A program made the position numbers and the translations under genes. A stretch of 64,000 bases of DNA from IMG/VR virus record IMGVR_UViG_3300046808_001301; one strand, given 5' to 3'. The notes under the pieces were generated by a model, which did no database searches, had not been told where the DNA came from, and saw only the letters and a list, made by a program, of their open reading frames with translations. This DNA comes from a virus. Below, one piece after another: positions 57,303 to 64,000 of the stretch; within the stretch, counting starts at the first letter, position 1, and the number at the start of each line of letters is the position of its first letter.

Positions 57303-58201
57303 TGTGTTCCTCCATCTGCACTCAATATTGTTCTAGTCAATATATGAGGAGCGTTTGCTTCAATAAATCTAAGAGTAGTTGATGAGTCCGTAAAGTCCTT
57401 TAATTGCACGTCTCCGAATAAAACAGCATCCGTATATGGTCCGGGTACTTGATTAAACGATGTTAATGGAGGAGTCGGACACTCTGGTTTAGCTGGAGGA
57501 ACATAATGGCCTGGTCCGTTGTCTAATCCTGTAGGATCATCACTATAATAATCGTATATGCACTTCGATGAGTTTTGCACAGAATCCGGATAAGGTTGGA
57601 ATAGATCTTCAGGATTTTCTCCATCAGCAAGTCTACCGTAAGCTCCTCCATCACTAACTTGTTTATTGTTCGCTTGATTAATAATATTTGGTTCGTATGA
57701 GTACTCGAATCGTTTGCACTTAATATACCAAACGTAATGTCCGATTAACGGAACAGTTAATGGCAAATACTCATCATCTCTTTCTGTTATTTGATAGATT
57801 GGAGCAGACCTGCCTCCTGGCCTATCGGCTCCATATTCTGTCAATCTAATTAAATCGCCTGCTTTTGGTTCAAATCCGCAACCAAATCTTTCATAAAAAG
57901 AAGAGATGTGAATTACAGCTGTCATATCGCAATCAGCCATAATACCAAACTTAGAAAGCATTAACGAATCATTCGTAATGTCCGTTAACATGATAATGTC
58001 CGCGACCTTTGTATACGGAGATGTAGGATCTTCTCCATACAAAAAATTATGAGACGTTAATGAATAGCCGTTAGTAAAGTAGTCAGTTCGAGTACCATAG
58101 TGTTCGATTTGCTCCTTCCACCATTTAGAATAGTTTTCGCGCTCGTTAGCATTATTGCTTTTATTGAGATAACGAACGCTATTTGTGGTTACCGGAAGCA
58201 T
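57299..58201 (-). CDS. gp14: neck / head-closure protein (T4 gp14-like) with C-terminal extension
   Basis: EQIEHYG, LYGEDP, LSKFG, PKAGDLI, IYQIT, KRFEYS. Confidence 0.8.
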   Translation of the reverse strand: MLPVTTNSVRYLNKSNNANERENYSKWWKEQIEHYGTRTDYFTNGYSLTSHNFLYGEDPTSPYTKVADIIMLTDITNDSLMLSKFGIMADCDMTAVIHISSFYERFGCGFEPKAGDLIRLTEYGADRPGGRSAPIYQITERDDEYLPLTVPLIGHYVWYIKCKRFEYSYEPNIINQANNKQVSDGGAYGRLADGENPEDLFQPYPDSVQNSSKCIYDYYSDDPTGLDNGPGHYVPPAKPECPTPPLTSFNQVPGPYTDAVLFGDVQLKDFTDSSTTLRFIEANAPHILTRTILSADGGTQ

Positions 58202-58207
58202 AATTTT

Positions 58208-58693
58208 TTACACAGCTACGCCGTTAGGTAATTTTACCCATTCATTTGTACGAATATCATATAGTCCTTCGTGTTCTGAAGGTTCGATGTCTCTAACAGA
58301 CAATACATAACGAATTGGATGAACAGTTCCTGTAGCTAATCTGTTGCTTAAAGTTTTTGCTAATTTTAACAATTCCTCAGCTAAAATACCATCAATATCA
58401 ATATCCATTAAATCTTTATTAAGAATGATTAATACTTTTAATTCAGCTTTTCTGTTTTTATTTCCAGGTAGGACAGCATCACCAGTTAGATAGTATTTTT
58501 TGATGCGTTGAGGCTGCTCTCCGACAAATGCTTCTAGGTCGTTAATAATTTGAGCATGGATTGCTGGAAGAAGCTTTGGCTGCTCTCCAGTTTCAGGAAA
58601 ATAAAACAATAAAGGATCGAGACTATTTGGAGCGATCGGTATTTTATAAACAGTCAAATAATCTTTAATCTTTTGATCAAACCTTTTTACCAT
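58208..58693 (-). CDS. degenerate nucleotidyltransferase-fold-like protein (start revised to 58693)
   Basis: LLPAIHAQI, YYLTGD, HPIRY, GLYDIRTNEWVK; TAAATA 5 nt upstream. Confidence 0.45.
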   Translation of the reverse strand: MVKRFDQKIKDYLTVYKIPIAPNSLDPLLFYFPETGEQPKLLPAIHAQIINDLEAFVGEQPQRIKKYYLTGDAVLPGNKNRKAELKVLIILNKDLMDIDIDGILAEELLKLAKTLSNRLATGTVHPIRYVLSVRDIEPSEHEGLYDIRTNEWVKLPNGVAV

Positions 58694-58706
58694 ATCTTTA
58701 TTTAAC

Positions 58707-58735
58707 AAAAAAGGCTCTGGTTTCCCAGAGCCTTT
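58707..58735 (-). terminator. intrinsic terminator
   Basis: GGCTCTGG-GAAA-CCAGAGCC followed by U6 on the minus strand. Confidence 0.9.
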
Positions 58736-58764
58736 GTAATCTTTTGTTGTTCAGAAATTAGTTT

Positions 58765-59712
58765 TTATTTAAAAAACTCGCCTTTTGAAATATGGGATTT
58801 AACTGTGTTGCCCTTTTGGAGTTTGCCTTTTTTGTCTCCGAGAGCTGTTGGATTTGGTTGAGCCTTAACGCTGCCTGAATGAGCTTTGCCACCTTTTGCA
58901 GAAAGCTTACCAACCTTGTTCTTCTTTTTCATGAGAGTCTTACCTTTTGCGTGAGCAAGTGGCTTTGGTTTGTCCATAGACTCCTTCATTGGGGATTCTT
59001 CTTCGTCTTCCTCTTCATCTTCATCAGAAAACTCTTCATTGAATTCTTCTTCTGTGTATCCTTCGTCGCCCTCAAGAGATTCCTCTTCTTCTTGTACTCC
59101 CTCGAGTTTTGAAAGAATAGAAGCAAGGCTGTCTTGAAGATCTCTGAGATCAGAGATCAGATCTCCCTCTTCTTCTTCTAATTCTTCTTCTGTGTCTTCA
59201 GATGGCTCTTCTGTTTCCATGTCTTCTGTAGAAGCAGCAGGAGCTTCTTCCATGGAAGCTTCTGGACCAGCTTCGTCAAATTCTTCGTTAAGGGTTTTTT
59301 TAAATAGTGTTTCGAATGCGCTCATAGTAAAACTTTCTTCGTGTTTTTGTTTCTTCTCTTTCTTTTCTTCTGGTTCATCTTCGGTTTCTTTATCTTTAGC
59401 TCCAACGTCTGTGCCTTTCTTTTCAGTTGGGGCATCAGCTTTAACGTCTTTAGCTGGAGCAGATCCTTTAAATGATGATTTACCAGTCGACCCTTTTGCT
59501 AAGTGTGAAGCAGAGCCGGTAGTTTCTTTGTAAGATGGTCCTTGCTGCAGTTTAGCTTTTTCTGGTCCCTCTACTGGCTTTGGTTTAGTTCCAAACAAAT
59601 CTTGTTTAGAGTTTAAGTTGCCCACTTCATCGCTTGAAGGGTTTTGTAATTGAGATTTTTCTGCTTCATTAAGCAAAATCTGCTCGTAGATGTCCGAAAG
59701 AGAATTCTTCAT
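58765..59712 (-). CDS. low-complexity charged protein, probably head core/internal
   Basis: Basic-acidic-basic blocks; IYEQILLNE and AFETLFKKTLNE motifs; TAAGTA 6 nt upstream. Confidence 0.65.
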   Translation of the reverse strand: MKNSLSDIYEQILLNEAEKSQLQNPSSDEVGNLNSKQDLFGTKPKPVEGPEKAKLQQGPSYKETTGSASHLAKGSTGKSSFKGSAPAKDVKADAPTEKKGTDVGAKDKETEDEPEEKKEKKQKHEESFTMSAFETLFKKTLNEEFDEAGPEASMEEAPAASTEDMETEEPSEDTEEELEEEEGDLISDLRDLQDSLASILSKLEGVQEEEESLEGDEGYTEEEFNEEFSDEDEEEDEEESPMKESMDKPKPLAHAKGKTLMKKKNKVGKLSAKGGKAHSGSVKAQPNPTALGDKKGKLQKGNTVKSHISKGEFFK

Positions 59713-59717
59713 TATTT

Positions 59718-59921
59718 TTACTTATCTTTATTGTTTGAATTTTTCAGTATGTTAAATACAGATTTTAAATATTTTCTTTGTATAAAAATAGCATCACATT
59801 CGCTACATTCAGCAAACGAAAGAGTTAATTCAGACAAATATTCTTTCTTCAAAGAAAGAAGAGAATCTAAGCAAGGTTTTTCTTCACAAAAAAAATCTAA
59901 TATATTCATTGTAGTGTTCAA
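59718..59921 (-). CDS. small Cys-containing hypothetical protein
   Basis: 63-67 aa (start 59909 or 59921), CSEC. Confidence 0.55.
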   Translation of the reverse strand: MNTTMNILDFFCEEKPCLDSLLSLKKEYLSELTLSFAECSECDAIFIQRKYLKSVFNILKNSNNKDK

Positions 59922-60661
59922 AGTAACTTATGCTGTTTTAACAATTTGTAATAGAGTGTTGTTGGCACAGGACTGTTCCAATCTCGTTTAATTGAAGAAT
60001 CCCATTGACCAGTTGAAATGGCTTCGTTACACCAGTGTATAGCATATTTTGGTAATTCAAACTTGTTTCTATAATAGCCGACGTTTAAATAATTTTTTAT
60101 ATCAGCAATGTCATCACAACCAAAATAATCGTTTGGAACGACATATTGTTTGAGATCAAATTCAGCAAACGTGTCACTCAATATTTCTAAAGGCTTTATC
60201 CAACTACAATTATCTTCATTAATTACGCTTTCCGTGTTCTCGATACAAGCTTTCATGAAATCGCAAGCTTGTGGAGTCTTAATAATGTTGCCGACAATTG
60301 GAGTGAACTTATGAGGTCTCAATACATATGGAGCGTTGTTTATTTCCTCAAAATTTTTCAAACACACCACATCCATGTCACAATACCACCCCCCTACTTT
60401 GTATAACAAATAGTACCTAAAAATATCTGAAAACCCTCCGTAGCTTCCCATCCTACAATCTCCTTTGTCTTTATAAGAAAAAATTTTAGAAGGATGCATA
60501 ATTTGTCCCGCGTCTTCTATTTTAATTCCGCTCGGTATGTTTCTACAGTTTGTATCATAAGCCCACAAAACAGGCTGGTGGCCATGATCTAAAAAAGATT
60601 TGAGAGTAAGCTGGCCGTTCTTAGTTATACTTTCACCAATCCACAAAAAATTAATATTCAT
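59918..60661 (-). CDS. GT32-like DXD glycosyltransferase
   Basis: FLWIG, SFLDHGH, FSDIFRY.LLY..GGWYCDMDV. Confidence 0.85.
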   Translation of the reverse strand: MNINFLWIGESITKNGQLTLKSFLDHGHQPVLWAYDTNCRNIPSGIKIEDAGQIMHPSKIFSYKDKGDCRMGSYGGFSDIFRYYLLYKVGGWYCDMDVVCLKNFEEINNAPYVLRPHKFTPIVGNIIKTPQACDFMKACIENTESVINEDNCSWIKPLEILSDTFAEFDLKQYVVPNDYFGCDDIADIKNYLNVGYYRNKFELPKYAIHWCNEAISTGQWDSSIKRDWNSPVPTTLYYKLLKQHKLL

Positions 60662-60664
60662 AAA

Positions 60665-61549
60665 TTATGGGGTTTGATAAACAAAACTAGGCACAGGCTG
60701 CAGCATTTCTGGCCAAAAAGTTATTATTTCTCTGATCGTGTGTAGTTTATTTTTAGCTGTATCAATGTTATTTTGCATGCATTCTTTTAACAAAGTTGCT
60801 TCTTCTTCAAATTCTCTTTTTTCTTCTTCTGTGAGATGAATTATTTCATTTTCGGTGTGTGCAAGAGCTGTTGCAAAATAAGCTTGCTGTTCTTTGTCTA
60901 TTAACGAAAACCAACACCTTTTGAAGGCTCGCACTAACTTTTCATCCGAACAATCTATAAATTTATAGCTCAAACCTAAGTGTTTTAATGCAGCATATTG
61001 ATGAACTTCTGGTATAGCTTGTGAAGAGAACGTACAATAACGGTCAACAACAGCGTTTCTTAGTTCTTGAAATGTTGTTTCATTGATCACCGTTACATCT
61101 GGCCAAAATATCAACGTGCATCGGTCTTGCAGTTCTTCCCCAGAGTATGCGTCGTAAGACTCTACGCAATTTTTTCGCAAATGGTTCTGCAATTGCAATT
61201 TGCCTTCAATAAGACTTAGTGCTGTTCTATCAATAAAGGTAGCATCTGCGTTCACAAAATCATCAAAAGACATAAAATTTTTAGCGTCTTCAAAATCAAC
61301 GTCCGTTGGCCACGCGAGATATCTAACCGATGTTATATTTGCTTGAGCTGGTTCAAACGGTTTGTCGCTAATAACGTTCCAAAATGACTCCTCGTTTTTA
61401 ATTGCGTCGAGACAAGGCAATCTGTTGAGCCATTTGCCTTTCATCACATAAGCAAATTTTTCTTTGTCGTCTTGTATATAAAGTATTTCTAATGCTAATC
61501 CTGCCTCCAAGAATGCAATAGCTGTGTCTTGTAATTCAGTTGTAATCAT
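60665..61549 (-). CDS. hypothetical protein
   Basis: 294 aa ORF within the glycan operon. Confidence 0.7.
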   Translation of the reverse strand: MITTELQDTAIAFLEAGLALEILYIQDDKEKFAYVMKGKWLNRLPCLDAIKNEESFWNVISDKPFEPAQANITSVRYLAWPTDVDFEDAKNFMSFDDFVNADATFIDRTALSLIEGKLQLQNHLRKNCVESYDAYSGEELQDRCTLIFWPDVTVINETTFQELRNAVVDRYCTFSSQAIPEVHQYAALKHLGLSYKFIDCSDEKLVRAFKRCWFSLIDKEQQAYFATALAHTENEIIHLTEEEKREFEEEATLLKECMQNNIDTAKNKLHTIREIITFWPEMLQPVPSFVYQTP

Positions 61550-62295
61550 TTGTAGGCAATAACTTCTTTAATTAACGTACTCTGCATTAGTGCATCCAAA
61601 AGAATTGCATTAGGAATGACGCAGTGTCCTCCTATTTTGTTATCATTTGGTGGGTCGAGCACTGGTCTATTAAATTTTTCAAGACCCATTTCTTGATATC
61701 CTTTGTTGTACGAAGCATTCCATCCCTTTATAAAATCAAACTCTATGTCGTACTGATCGCAGAGTTTTTTCATTTCATTGTGCCACGCTATACATAGTCC
61801 GTAATATGTTGTGCATAATAATTTTGCTGCTTCTGTTTTCTCCGAAGCGTTAACGCCGTGCACGGACACACTTAAAGTTCTGAGATGATCAGTTGCTAAT
61901 TTAATTGCTCTTGGGTTATTTGAACCAACGTACTTTACGAACGTTTGCAGACTTTTAGTTAAATTAGGGTGATTTCCCCTAATAGGGCTATGCACTATAT
62001 TGTAATTATTTTGTAGTTCTAAATTTAATTTAGCAGTTGTGCCAATTGGTACCGTAGAGTGAATAATAACCAACTCTGGTTTACAAGAAACAATTTCTTT
62101 TTTTAATGTGTCAATAAATTGCTCGTTGAACGGAATGCATACATTAAGGACATCTAATTTATTAAAAATAAATGTGTCATTTTTATCTTTTGTAACTACT
62201 TCAATGTTGTGAAGAGAATAAAGAGATTTAATCGATAAGCCGACTTCTCCTGGACCAAGTATTCCTACAGCAGGAGTATTGACATTTTGTAACAT
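61546..62295 (-). CDS. UDP-glucose/GDP-mannose dehydrogenase family protein, short form
   Basis: GPGEVG, IIHSTVPIGTT, HSP, EAAKL, IGGHCV. Confidence 0.8.
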   Translation of the reverse strand: MLQNVNTPAVGILGPGEVGLSIKSLYSLHNIEVVTKDKNDTFIFNKLDVLNVCIPFNEQFIDTLKKEIVSCKPELVIIHSTVPIGTTAKLNLELQNNYNIVHSPIRGNHPNLTKSLQTFVKYVGSNNPRAIKLATDHLRTLSVSVHGVNASEKTEAAKLLCTTYYGLCIAWHNEMKKLCDQYDIEFDFIKGWNASYNKGYQEMGLEKFNRPVLDPPNDNKIGGHCVIPNAILLDALMQSTLIKEVIAYK

Positions 62296-62312
62296 TGTGA
62301 TAACTTAATTAA

Positions 62313-63644
62313 ATGTGTAGTTTTCTATTTTCAACAAACATAGTAGATAATATTGAAAAAATAAATCACTATCTTAAATTTAGAGGACCTGACCATACTG
62401 AAGTTAAGCACATTAACAATCATTTGTTTGTGCATAATTTATTATCAATAACAGGAAAATTTACTCCACAGCCGTATACCAAAGACGACATAGCGCTTGT
62501 GTACAATGGAGAAATTTATAACTTCAAGGAGTTTGGAGATTATCAAACAGACGGAGAATGCTTAATCCCTCTTTATGAAAAGCACGGACCAGAATTTACA
62601 AAACAATTAGACGGAGAGTTTGCTTTGTGTTTGGTGGATTATAAAAAACAACAAGTTATTATAAGTTCTGACGTATTCAAAACCAAACCAGTATTTTTTG
62701 GAGTGTCTGAGGATCACTTTGGTTGCGCTACGTATAAGACTCCTTTACAGGAGTTAAATTTTAAACAAATATACTCTTGTGAACCAAACACTACGTACGT
62801 GTTTGATTTGCAGACTAAAGAACTTAAAGCTAAGACAACTGTTTATGATTTTGATTTGACGCAGCACAAAACTTCATACGATGATTGGATTAAGGCGTTC
62901 AAACAATCTATCAAAAAGAGATTAGCAAATACTAACAAAAACATTTTTATTGGCCTTAGCAGTGGATATGATAGTGGAGCTATATATAACGAACTCATTG
63001 AAAGTAATCAGTCGTTTCATTCGTATACACTAACAGGTACAGAAAATGATGATGTCATTGCTGAAAGATTGAAGCTAAACAGAAATAATTGCTGCACGAG
63101 CAAGCTAATACCTAAAACAGACAAGGATTTCAATTTTTCGCATTTGATTATACGAACCCGAACAGAGCCGTTTATGTACACAATCAAATCTGATATCGGA
63201 GATTATTCTGAACCAAACAGGTTGTTAATAGAAGATGAAGGCTCTAATAATTTAGCAACAGTTTGCAGACTAGCAAAACGAGACAACTGCAAGATTTGTT
63301 TGTCAGGATCTGGAGCAGATGAAATTATATCGGATTACGGATTCAACGGAGAACGGTTTTTCAATCACAGCAATTTTGGAGGAAAGTTTCCTGAAGAGTT
63401 GTCTGATATATTTCCGTGGAGTAGTTTTTATCACTCAACAATGGAATCCTATTTGGCTAAAGAAGAATATGTTGGAGGAAGCTATGGTATAGAAATGAGA
63501 TATCCGTTTTTAGATAAAACCGTAGTGCAAGAATTTTTATGGTTAACGTCGGAATTAAAAAACAAAGCTTATAAAGCTCCGTTGGATTATTATTTTAATT
63601 TGATAGACTTTCCCTACGAGCGAAACCGTAAAAGAGGATTTTAA
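62313..63644 (+). CDS. asparagine-synthase-like glutamine amidotransferase
   Basis: N-terminal Cys2, RGPD, YNGEIYN, LSSGYDS, SGSGADE, RYPFLD. Confidence 0.88.
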   Translation: MCSFLFSTNIVDNIEKINHYLKFRGPDHTEVKHINNHLFVHNLLSITGKFTPQPYTKDDIALVYNGEIYNFKEFGDYQTDGECLIPLYEKHGPEFTKQLDGEFALCLVDYKKQQVIISSDVFKTKPVFFGVSEDHFGCATYKTPLQELNFKQIYSCEPNTTYVFDLQTKELKAKTTVYDFDLTQHKTSYDDWIKAFKQSIKKRLANTNKNIFIGLSSGYDSGAIYNELIESNQSFHSYTLTGTENDDVIAERLKLNRNNCCTSKLIPKTDKDFNFSHLIIRTRTEPFMYTIKSDIGDYSEPNRLLIEDEGSNNLATVCRLAKRDNCKICLSGSGADEIISDYGFNGERFFNHSNFGGKFPEELSDIFPWSSFYHSTMESYLAKEEYVGGSYGIEMRYPFLDKTVVQEFLWLTSELKNKAYKAPLDYYFNLIDFPYERNRKRGF

Positions 63645-63659
63645 TAAGGTTGATCTCGT

Positions 63660-64000
63660 TTACGTTTCTATATATCTCAGGCACATGAATGCTTCCGCGT
63701 ATTCCGTTCCGCATTCTTGTCCTCTAATTGCTGCTTTGGTAATAATTCCTTTTTCAGAACGTGGGTGAGGATACTGATTGGTTTCTCCACTATATGCATA
63801 AAGAGATTTAACCTTTGTTGCTATTTGATCTTTAGACAACGGAACATAATGATTTGGTGTAAACGATACTCCACTGATAGTTGGAAACTGATCAGTTGAA
63901 CTTGGGATTTCTCCAATATAAAATTGTTTAACTGATAAACCGCCCCAAACTCTTACAGATCTCATTACAGCTTCGTATGTAAACTTGTGGTCCTGGTGTA
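63660..64000 (-). CDS. PIG-L family de-N-acetylase, 5' end outside the window
   Basis: Frame stays open upstream of 63965 and gives HQDH; PNHYV, K...L.AY, RG..CG.EYAEAF. Confidence 0.8.
   Translation of the reverse strand, partial: HQDHKFTYEAVMRSVRVWGGLSVKQFYIGEIPSSTDQFPTISGVSFTPNHYVPLSKDQIATKVKSLYAYSGETNQYPHPRSEKGIITKAAIRGQECGTEYAEAFMCLRYIET

Noticed and set aside
1-64000. Stop-codon reassignment
   Set aside because: Conserved genes (gp20, gp21, gp23, PhoH) are full length in the standard code, and TAA, TAG and TGA all end genes
1-64000. tRNA, ncRNA, intron or intein
   Set aside because: Intergenic gaps are short and explained by promoters, terminators or small ORFs; no cloverleaf, splice or intein motifs noticed, though a covariance-model search was not possible

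Overview
64 kb of an AT-rich, T4-like (myovirus) bacteriophage genome, densely coding in the standard genetic code. No tRNA, rRNA, CRISPR array or mobile element is evident. It holds a rearranged head module (gp20 portal, gp13, gp4, gp21 protease, a small core protein, gp22 scaffold, gp23 major capsid), with gp14 and gp15 located far away. Also present: a ~17 kb cassette of fibre and LamG/beta-helix proteins, a second fibre cluster linked by C-terminal DGGxF motifs, PhoH, a DenV-like glycosylase, a GroES-like chaperonin and clamp-loader gp62. An early operon encodes QueD-like, kinase, TGT-fold, glycosyltransferase and DUF366-like proteins, and the window has about 11 glycan-synthesis genes in total. 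Best candidates for new biology: (1) a mucin-type protein O-glycosylation system, i.e. a GT60-like initiating enzyme and further GTs together with Pro/Thr tandem-repeat proteins that include the gp13 neck protein; (2) a possible 7-deazaguanine hypermodification operon; (3) apparently leaderless transcription, with TAA[A/G/T]TA or sigma70 -10 boxes 5-9 nt before start codons; (4) a recurring capsid-targeting/cleavage motif marking enzymes that may be injected with the DNA. All family assignments come from motif recognition by eye; no database searches were run.
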